From the NCBI GenBank assembly GCA_047718615.1, contig JBDNRM010000001.1, positions 23,093 through 87,092 on the forward strand: a DNA stretch of 64,000 nt, given 5' to 3'. The notes beneath the pieces were generated by a model that was given only the letters and a program-made list of their open reading frames with translations, was not told where the DNA came from and searched no databases. Made by a program: the position numbers and the translations under genes. Origin of the DNA: Bacillus sp. (in: firmicutes) (GTDB lineage Bacteria; Bacillota; Bacilli; Bacillales; Cytobacillaceae). This document shows positions 34,710-43,200 of this stretch, one piece after another. How positions within the stretch are numbered: position 1 is the first letter of the stretch; every line of letters begins with the position of its first letter.

Positions 34710-36494
34710 ATGGCAACATGGGGAATTTTAAAAAAGAATACATCTATTCCTAGTAATCGTAACGGTTATGGACAAGGGTATTTCCGTTTTTACAAAGAAG
34801 ATAGCAGCTACGAAGCTATTATCGCTGTAAATGGACGTTTAATAAGAGAAGGTGGCGATTTACCTATTGAGGGGTTGCCTGATGGTTTTCAAACGGAACG
34901 TATGATTGAAGCGGTGCAGTGGAATGGAATACTTTACATTGCAACTGGAACAAAATTAGTTGAATATAACGGTGTTACAGCAAAGGTAGTTGATCCATAC
35001 AAGGTGCTGCCGTTAGAAGCTCTTTATGTTGGGACCAATGCATTAGCTGATGATCCTGAAAATTACATGCAAGACGGACAAGAAACGTATTTACGAGTGG
35101 ACGGAGCAGTTCCATCGTTGCAAAAAGGGGTTGCTAATACAAAAACAACCTTTACAGCATTTGTTTCTAAACCTGAAGGGGTAACAATCGAATATAAATG
35201 GCAGTATCGTTTATCTAATAGCGATACTTTTTTATTGGGTAAAAATTGGAGCACAGATAAAACTTGGGATTTCACTCCTAAAAACGTTGGTAATTACACC
35301 ATTCAGGTTTCTGCAAGAGTGCAGGGAACAGCAGAAGAACCAAATGTTGATGCACCAGAAGTTTATCAAATTCCTATTTATACTGTCACTTCTTATGATG
35401 AAAACGAAAAAGCAGACACTTCGCAAATTCATACATGCAATCGCATCCTACTTCATTGGAGTAGGCTAATCGTTTATGGAGACACGAAGAACGCAAGAAA
35501 CATCTATATTTCGCATTTAAACAATTCAAGGTATTTTCCTACCAATCACACTTTAGAATTCGAAAGCGGAGAACAAGAAGCGTTACAAAAGATTGTGAGA
35601 TATAGAGATTATCTTGTAGCATTTTTACCAACTTCTATACAAGCTTTATACGGACAATCTCCTGAAGATTTTAAACGTGTGGTTGTGCACACGGGATTGG
35701 GCTGTGTTGCTCCCGAAACACCTAAAGTAATGGGTAATTACATTGCTTTTTTATCGAAGCAAGGAGTGCAAATTTTAAAGTCTGCGGGTTTAACAGAAGA
35801 GAAAATAAACGTTGAAAAAATAGATAGCAATATTGATAACTTAATACCTGTTGATAGTACTGCATGTGCTGTTGTTTACAATAATCAGTATCATATTTGC
35901 TTCCCTAAAAATAAAACAAGGTTTCGTTTTTATTATGAACTTGGAGTTTGGACAAAAGATGAATCACCACATATGGACTTTTCTCGTTTGTTTGAATGGG
36001 ATGGAGATTTAGTAGGACAGTCGACGGAAACAGGGAATATTGTTATGTTTATTGGTTCTGTTTTTAATGATTTAGGATTTGTATATGAAGATCGAGTCAT
36101 AACAAAATCTTTCGATTTTAACGAACATCATAACCACAAAAAATATAAAGAGCTTCAATTGATGTTAGGAAGAGGAAATAGTGATGTGGATTTATCAGTG
36201 CTGGTTAATGTAGATGATAATCCCGTTTTTAACACGATAGAAGGTAAATCCGAGATTGTAGAAGGAACCGTACGTTGGAAAGAAGTTTTATTGACTAACA
36301 TTTCATTAGATGCTGGAACAGTATTTGGAGCATGGGAACTAGGAGTATCTGCTTTTGATAATACAAAGCAAAGCAAAGTTAGTATTCCATTATCTGCTAA
36401 AGGATACGTTACGTCCATTGATATAAGACATACCGGAGATGGACCAAATGTTATTTTAAGTTTGGGGATAATATTTAAAATTAAAAAACCGTAG
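34710..36494 (+). CDS. Tail nozzle / tubular protein B-like, main body
   Basis: Beta-propeller-like repeats (EAVQWNGILYIATG, RLIVYG, IYISHLN..YFP, GCVAP.T); lacks its own DFSGG N-terminus. Confidence 0.7.
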   Translation: MATWGILKKNTSIPSNRNGYGQGYFRFYKEDSSYEAIIAVNGRLIREGGDLPIEGLPDGFQTERMIEAVQWNGILYIATGTKLVEYNGVTAKVVDPYKVLPLEALYVGTNALADDPENYMQDGQETYLRVDGAVPSLQKGVANTKTTFTAFVSKPEGVTIEYKWQYRLSNSDTFLLGKNWSTDKTWDFTPKNVGNYTIQVSARVQGTAEEPNVDAPEVYQIPIYTVTSYDENEKADTSQIHTCNRILLHWSRLIVYGDTKNARNIYISHLNNSRYFPTNHTLEFESGEQEALQKIVRYRDYLVAFLPTSIQALYGQSPEDFKRVVVHTGLGCVAPETPKVMGNYIAFLSKQGVQILKSAGLTEEKINVEKIDSNIDNLIPVDSTACAVVYNNQYHICFPKNKTRFRFYYELGVWTKDESPHMDFSRLFEWDGDLVGQSTETGNIVMFIGSVFNDLGFVYEDRVITKSFDFNEHHNHKKYKELQLMLGRGNSDVDLSVLVNVDDNPVFNTIEGKSEIVEGTVRWKEVLLTNISLDAGTVFGAWELGVSAFDNTKQSKVSIPLSAKGYVTSIDIRHTGDGPNVILSLGIIFKIKKP

Positions 36495-36504
36495 GTGATA
36501 AAAT

Positions 36505-38316
36505 ATGGCTCGAATAGAAGAAGGTATTTTTCGTAATTGGGCAAATGGAGATCGAATGTCCCCCGATGATTATAAAAGAGAAAGAGAAATATTACGTGTA
36601 GCAATTAATGATATTGATGCAAACGTTGGAATATTGCAGCCAGTAAGTATAGAAGGAATAAAAAATGAAATTAATACGGCTAAAGGGGACGAACTTTCTT
36701 TAGATGCTCGTTTTACAAAAACAGAAACAAATATAGGTGATATATCTCAAATTGAACAATCTAATATTATTGATGCGTTGAAAGATAAAGAACAAAAATT
36801 AGTAACAGTTAATGAACAGTTGGCGACTATTGGTAATCAAATGAAAGAACAAGAAAATTTATTAGATACTGTTAAATCAAAATTTTTGCCAAATAAAGTA
36901 TCTAAATTCCAGCAAAACTTTCATTTGAATCCAGTGGACGGGTTTATGAATGATATTCAGTCCGCTTTCTTCCGTAATGGAGAATGGCATTTCTATTTCC
37001 TTTTCAATAAAGATTTTAAACATGGTGGGAATGGGACAGAATGGTATCATGTTACGACAAAAGATTGGGTAAGCTTTGAAAATCATGGGGTTGCTATTCC
37101 TAAATACACTACCCCACAAGGGGACGTAGCTTCCGGAACCATTTATGAGGACTATGATAATACCTTAGGGTTTGGGATGAATGCGGTTATCGCCTACCTA
37201 ACATCGTACGGAAATGCGGGTCAAACAACAAACATATGGTACTCAAACGATAACGGTTTTACTTTTAAACCCTATAAGTTTAACCCAATTCAAAATAACC
37301 CTACTGGAAGTGCAGACTTCCGTGACCCGTATGTTTTTAGAATAGATGGTATTTTTTACATGTATCTAGCAGAAGGCGGCAAGTTTGGTATTTACAAGTC
37401 AACGAACGGTATTAATTTCTCTTATTTACATTCTATCATGATAGGAGGACTAGGATTATTAGAATGTCCTAATTTATTTTTAATGGATGTAGATGGCGAC
37501 CCTAACCATAAAAGGTGGGTATTGTTCTTTGGTGCGAATGGTGGCGATGAGGTTTCGACTGGTACATACTATATATCCGGTATGACTACTAATGGTGTAT
37601 TTACTCCCGAAACACCAGCGAAACGATTAGACAGCGGACCCGATTATTACGGTGCTAAAATATTCACAAAAGAAGATGATAACCCGAATGATGTCTTATT
37701 ATCCACAGCATGGATAGGGAATTGGGGATATACAACAAAAGTACCGTTTGAAGGGTTCGGCGGTAGCATGAGCTTATGCCGTGAATTACGATTAAAATCA
37801 CACGACGGATATACGATAGAAACCAAATTACTTCCTTCTTTTCGAGATTATTTAAGTAATGCGGTAACAGGTTATGCGATAGATATTAATAATGATAGAC
37901 GTATACTACCTTTCCTAAATGGGGAAAAATTTTACTTAAAAGCGATATTTAGAAAAAAAGATAATCCTATTACTAGTAAGTTCGGTGTGGTAATAAGAGG
38001 TGAAAACTATACGACTACATGGACGTATAACCCACCAAACCAACAATATGATGTGTCACGAGAATGTAATGATTTCCCTAACAATAGTATTTTTGATAAA
38101 AAAAGGTTTGTAAATTTACCTTTTAACGGGGAATGGATGGAAGTACATTTTGTTGTGGATTCTACATCAGTAGAAATAGTGTTACCCGACGATACCATTT
38201 ATACGATGGCTAAATATGGGACGGTAGGAAAAGAGGATATACTTTTATATTGTGACGGGGAATGTATAGTGGACTATGAATATTATGATATTTTAAAAAC
38301 AGCACAGGGGGAATAA
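36505..38316 (+). CDS. Tail spike with GH32 levanase-like domain
   Basis: N-terminal virion anchor and coiled coil; FMND, FRDP and LECP catalytic motifs; GNGTEW.H and GVAIPKY as in LevB-type enzymes. Confidence 0.85.
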   Translation: MARIEEGIFRNWANGDRMSPDDYKREREILRVAINDIDANVGILQPVSIEGIKNEINTAKGDELSLDARFTKTETNIGDISQIEQSNIIDALKDKEQKLVTVNEQLATIGNQMKEQENLLDTVKSKFLPNKVSKFQQNFHLNPVDGFMNDIQSAFFRNGEWHFYFLFNKDFKHGGNGTEWYHVTTKDWVSFENHGVAIPKYTTPQGDVASGTIYEDYDNTLGFGMNAVIAYLTSYGNAGQTTNIWYSNDNGFTFKPYKFNPIQNNPTGSADFRDPYVFRIDGIFYMYLAEGGKFGIYKSTNGINFSYLHSIMIGGLGLLECPNLFLMDVDGDPNHKRWVLFFGANGGDEVSTGTYYISGMTTNGVFTPETPAKRLDSGPDYYGAKIFTKEDDNPNDVLLSTAWIGNWGYTTKVPFEGFGGSMSLCRELRLKSHDGYTIETKLLPSFRDYLSNAVTGYAIDINNDRRILPFLNGEKFYLKAIFRKKDNPITSKFGVVIRGENYTTTWTYNPPNQQYDVSRECNDFPNNSIFDKKRFVNLPFNGEWMEVHFVVDSTSVEIVLPDDTIYTMAKYGTVGKEDILLYCDGECIVDYEYYDILKTAQGE

Positions 38317-38318
38317 AA

Positions 38319-38690
38319 ATGAGTTTTATTAAAGAAGTTGCAACAGCAGCCGTAAGAATAGGAAAGAAGTATAACATCCTTCCCTCTCTTATTCTAGCAC
38401 AAGCCTGTTTAGAATCGAATTTTGGAAGAAGTGGTTTAGCTGTACAAGGAAAGAATTTATTCGGAGTGAAAGGAACGTATGAGGGGCAAGGGGTCACTAT
38501 GTTTAAAAATACTGTAGGATCTATGATTGCCGGGAAAGCATTTGGCTTTCCTATTGGGATTAGTGGAGCTTTAGGATTTGCTTCTTCTTTTATAAAATTC
38601 AGTTCGGAATTTTCGATTAAACCGAAAGAAATTCCAGATGGATTAAAAGACTATGCCTATCTTTATTATGCACATAATGAACTTGTATAA
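38319..38690 (+). pseudogene. Chimeric remnant: GH73 glucosaminidase N-terminus fused to an unrelated C-terminus
   Basis: ILPSLILAQACLES..G.S.LA...NLFGVKG, then loss of similarity near 38501 and no YATD motif. Confidence 0.6.
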
Positions 38691-38708
38691 GTCGAGGAGG
38701 AAATTTAG

Positions 38709-38909
38709 ATGAAAAAAATCCACGCCCCATCTAAATTCTTTAATTGGGGCATATTTTCTTTTAAAACTATTGATATTTTTTTATTTGTACTATTTATATC
38801 AACAATTAAATTTTTTGTAGATAACAAAATAGAGTATGCGATTTTTTGTGTCTCATTAATGATATGGAACGAGATTCACAAAAATAATCGTATTAATGAT
38901 GTTGCATAG
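38709..38909 (+). CDS. Small hydrophobic hypothetical protein
   Basis: GAGGAGG RBS, two TM-like segments, very AT-rich. Confidence 0.5.
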   Translation: MKKIHAPSKFFNWGIFSFKTIDIFLFVLFISTIKFFVDNKIEYAIFCVSLMIWNEIHKNNRINDVA

Positions 38910-38926
38910 GATACTACTGCGACGTA

Positions 38927-38954
38927 AGCACTTCTTTATGAAGTGCTATTTTTT
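38927..38954 (+). terminator. Intrinsic terminator
   Basis: AGCACTTC-TTTAT-GAAGTGCT plus T run. Confidence 0.7.
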
Positions 38955-38972
38955 ATGCAAGGAGGAAAGAAA

Positions 38973-39857
38973 ATGGCATGGAAAAAACCGAAAGCTATTG
39001 ATATAAATGGCTATAAAACAAAAGCAACTTCCATTAATGACCTATCTAAAAACTATGGCATGGACTATTCCCGTGGATATGCCCAACAACAAGCACAAGC
39101 GGTGGCAGATGCTAAAAGAACTGGATTAAACAATCAAATGCGACAAGTGGATGATGGTGTAAAAACATCTAACGATGCCTTATCTAGAGATTACTTCCAG
39201 AAATATTTACAGCAAGCACAAGGACAAGCGGGCGCAGGTTTAAACAGCGGTATTCAAGCTGATCAGAACCTGCGTTTAAATATGAACAGACAAGCATCAT
39301 TAGCGGATGTTTATCGTAATGCTGCCACGCAAAAAGCTGGTTTAAGTTCACAACTTGCAGCTGTAGGTAATGAACAGGCTGCCAATGAAAATCAAATTTA
39401 TAATGATCGATTACAGCAGGCTTATCAGAATGCTATGAGTGATACATCTCGCAGACAAAGTGAAAATCAATCCTTATTAAATGCAGAACAGCAACAAAGA
39501 GGTCAGGACATTAATAGTGACCAATGGGCGCAATCTTTCGATAAGTCGAACGAACAATGGGACAAGAATTTTAAAAACCAAAACAGCCAGTGGCAGAAAT
39601 CATTTGATACACAGAATAGCCAATGGCAAAAATCATTTGATCAACAAGCGAAAGAATACAAAGACAATAAAGCATGGCGTGAATACACTTTCAACAATAT
39701 GAGCGCTTCAGATAAGGCTCAATTTGAGTGGACAAAGAAAACATATGGTGAAGATGCTGCGTGGAGAATGTACGAGCTAGAGTACAACGGAGAATTACAA
39801 AAGTCACAGAATAATGCTCAATTAGAATATTACAAGAGTTTGGGTTTAACGGAGTAA
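38973..39857 (+). CDS. Gln/Asn-rich ejection (pilot-like) protein, short form 294 aa
   Basis: AAGGAGG RBS before ATG 38973; Q/A/N-rich helices; 11-residue QWxxSF repeats. Confidence 0.65.
   Translation: MAWKKPKAIDINGYKTKATSINDLSKNYGMDYSRGYAQQQAQAVADAKRTGLNNQMRQVDDGVKTSNDALSRDYFQKYLQQAQGQAGAGLNSGIQADQNLRLNMNRQASLADVYRNAATQKAGLSSQLAAVGNEQAANENQIYNDRLQQAYQNAMSDTSRRQSENQSLLNAEQQQRGQDINSDQWAQSFDKSNEQWDKNFKNQNSQWQKSFDTQNSQWQKSFDQQAKEYKDNKAWREYTFNNMSASDKAQFEWTKKTYGEDAAWRMYELEYNGELQKSQNNAQLEYYKSLGLTE
39842..39848 (+). other. Predicted -1 ribosomal frameshift site G_GGT_TTA
   Basis: Perfect X_XXY_YYZ heptamer in the 0 frame two codons before the stop; -1 frame open to 40231. Confidence 0.75.
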
Positions 39858-40231
39858 CGGGAGGGGGTGATAGCACTTATAAAAACAACTATAAAACACA
39901 GCAACAATCCAATAAGAGCGGTTCTTTTAAAACATATCAATCACATTTACAGCAAGCTATCCAAAAAGGCGTTCCGTCTAATTGGGCAACTGCCCTTACA
40001 GAGTTAGTTGGAAGAGAATCTTCATGGAATCCTAGTGCGAAGAATCCAACTAGCACAGCGCATGGATATGGACAATTTTTAAATTCTACCGTTGCTAATT
40101 ACCAAAAGAAAATGGGATTGAATTATGGAAACCCTGTTGATCAGTTAGTAATGATGGCACAGTATGTTAAAGATAGATACAAGACGCCTGAAAAAGCATT
40201 GCAATTTTGGGACAAGAATCACTGGTATTAG
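39848..40231 (+). CDS. Lytic transglycosylase (SLT-like) domain in the -1 frame, no start codon of its own
   Basis: LVGRESSWNPSAKNPTSTAHGYGQFL...YVKDRYKTPEKALQFWDKNHWY; no ATG/GTG/TTG upstream of the catalytic Glu in this frame. Confidence 0.85.
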   Translation, partial: NGVTGGGDSTYKNNYKTQQQSNKSGSFKTYQSHLQQAIQKGVPSNWATALTELVGRESSWNPSAKNPTSTAHGYGQFLNSTVANYQKKMGLNYGNPVDQLVMMAQYVKDRYKTPEKALQFWDKNHWY

Positions 40232-40253
40232 TTCTAATTGAAAAGGCGGTGCC

Positions 40254-43200
40254 ATGATGGCATATAACTTCAACCGAGAAAAATATAAAAAAATATTAGA
40301 TAACATGTACGGGGCCGGATCTTTTGATTCCGGTCTTTCTAATGCTCGAGAGATAGGGAGATCAAAAGCACAAGCAGAGATTGGGCAGGCAAATTTTAAT
40401 TCTTATTTAAAACAAAAGCAAAAAGACCAAGAAGAAAACGACTATGATTTACAACGTGAAAAAGCAACAGATAGCTTAGTAGATAGCGATCTAAAAAAAT
40501 ATATTAAAGACAGACTAAAATCAGGGCAAGGCTACCCAACAGAAGATGAAATCAACGCTTTCAGAAGCGATAAAACCACTAAATATGAGCATCCACGTGA
40601 TTATGCATTAAACAAACCAACATTAGCAGAAGACATCAGCATGTCTGATTTAAATAAAGAAGTAAAGAAAAATCAAGCGAAAAAGCAAGAACAGAAAAAG
40701 GCTGATACTAGCGGATTGGTCAACTTCTTCAAGAAGATGGGAAAAGATACGGACGGTAACGGTCATTCCCAAGGTGTTGATAAATTAATGGGAGCTTTAG
40801 AAATACTGGATAGACCAGGTGATGCAGTCCGTACAGGTATTAAGGAAAAAACAGAGGGAAAAAGTTTTTGGAAAGGTGCTGCAGCCGGACTAACAGGAAA
40901 AAAAAACACATCAGGGAAAGAATTAAATAAATCATTAGGCTTTGATCCTGATACAGATAACAAGGATAAGGTTCTTTCCAACATATTAGGGAATCAATTG
41001 ATTAAAAAGCTTCCACTTGGTGATATTGCCGCACCCTTTGTTAGCAAGAAAGCAAAAAACAAAATAGGGAAAGAAGCAGCGGGCGTTGGTTCTGAATTAG
41101 CATTGGACCCGTTAAATTTAATTGGTTCAGGCGCTATTGGTAAAGGTGCGGAGATATTAGGTAAATTCGGTAAAGGTGTAAGAACAGCAGAAAGAGTAGC
41201 AGAAGAAGCGCGTCCAGTGGAAGAAATTTTAGATATTCCTAGTTCTATAAAAACAGCCACCAATAATGTAGCAGATGTTCCGAAACCTAAGGCATTAAGC
41301 CAATATGATATGGATTTTAATAACGCTGTAGATGAACAATATCAATACCTTAAAAATTCTATGGGTAAAGGTGTTCAACCAGGCGGATTGGTTCGAGATC
41401 AAGAAGGATATGTAACAGGAGCGTTTGGTCGAGTTTCTAACAATCCTAAATGGTATCAAGATTTCTATAAGGTGAATAATCGTAAACCAAACAATACTGA
41501 ATTACGTGAATTAGCTGAACAACATGTGAGAGATGGTTTTAGTGATGAAGTGGGGGATGTTCCTGCTTGGAAACCGAAACAGATACAAGAAATCGATGAC
41601 CAAATAGATGAATTGAATAAATTGTTAATTGAATCTCCTGACCAAGAGCCAGCAATTAGACCGATATTAGAAGCTTTAAAGGAAGATAAGGATGGTATTT
41701 TCCAACAATTAAAAACACCTATAAAACAAGGTGGATCTAAAGATTTTGAAGCTATTAGTCCATCAGAAAGAGATGGTGGATCGTTAATTAGAATTAATGA
41801 ATCTAATATCGATCATTCTCTAGGTGATGCTTCAACATTTAGTGCGAAAGTAAATAGAACTAAACAAAAGAATAATAAGGGATTATTAAGCGATTTACGA
41901 ACACAATTTATTGATGATTTAGCACCATTAGAAAAATTAGAAAAGAAAATAACAGGTAAACTACCAAGTGCGGAGAATAGTTTATATAAACAGGCTAGAT
42001 TATTTAAAGGTAGTCCAGAAAAAGCGCACCAAATAGTAAAAGATCAACTTAATCCAATTATCAATAATATTAAGAGCAAGGGGATTAATCCAAAAGATTT
42101 AGGTGATTATGCTTTAGCTGTACATGCAAAAGATGTTAACGCAAAAGGAATTAATTCTGGTTTTACTAATGCGGAAATTGATGATGTTATTAATCGTTTA
42201 GGTTCCAACGATATGGAAGCAGCAAGAAACGAACTATTGAAAGTAAATAACAATACCCTTGATACATTGTCAAAAGGTGATAATCCAGTAATAAGCAAAG
42301 AATCTGTTCAGGCAATGAATGAAAAGTGGCCAAATTACATGTCGTTATTCCGTGCTTTTGATGATGATAAAATTGAATTTAGCAATGGATTAAGCAAAGC
42401 ATTAACCAATGGCAGCAGCCCTATAAAAAAATTAGAGGGATCCAGCAGAGAAGTGATCGATCCATTAGAGAGCATGATAAAAAATATTTTCAAAGCTACT
42501 AATGTTGCTGATAAGAATAATGTCGTTTCGAAATTAGGTGTTCTAGCAAAACAAGATACGGAAGGTAATTTCATTCGTCAAATACCTGACAATGAAGATA
42601 CTGGACGTTTGAATGTTATAAGCGCCATGGATAATGGAAAAAAAGTAAAATATGAAGTTCCGCCAGATGTTTATAGAGCCATGATGAATCTGGACAAGGA
42701 GTCTACGAATACATTAATAAAAATATTACAAAAGCCTGCATCTACTTTAAGAGCCGGCGCCACATTAACACCTGAATTTAGTTTGCGTAACCCATTACGT
42801 GACGTTCCGCAAGCGTTCATTGTTTCTAAATCAGGTTTTAACCCTATTGTCGACTTTCCGGTAGGATTATGGCAGTCAATTTGGAAAGGCCGCACGATAA
42901 AAATAGGGAACAAAGAATTTAAAACCGCTGGGGATTTATACAAACAATTTATCAAAGAAAACGGCGGATATGGTAACATAGTATCAATGGATAGAAAATT
43001 ACACCAAGAAACCCTTAAAAAGGCATTATCTGAGTCCAATACGCATTATGTAGATGTACTAAATCCAAATACGTTTAAATCTCTTTTAAAGAGCCTTTCT
43101 AACCCTTTAAACACATTGAGAAATGTAGCAGATATAAGTGAATCAGCTACAAAAGTTGGTGAATTTAGAGCGGCATTACGTTCTGGAGCATCACCACAAG

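Larger units (their letters stand above)
32910..34724 (+). repeat. 10-bp in-frame direct repeat AACATGGGGA
   Basis: At 32910-32919 and 34715-34724; both encode T-W-G in their own ORFs. Confidence 0.8.

Noticed and set aside
32943-34710. Intron or intein explanation for the split nozzle
   Set aside because: No group I P4/P7 elements, no group II domain V or RT, and no intein motifs were seen in the interval.
32911-34724. T4 gene 60-style ribosomal bypass between matching TGG GGA codons
   Set aside because: The gap is 1,805 nt and contains two genes with their own RBSs; known bypassing covers about 50 nt and has a stop right after the take-off codon.
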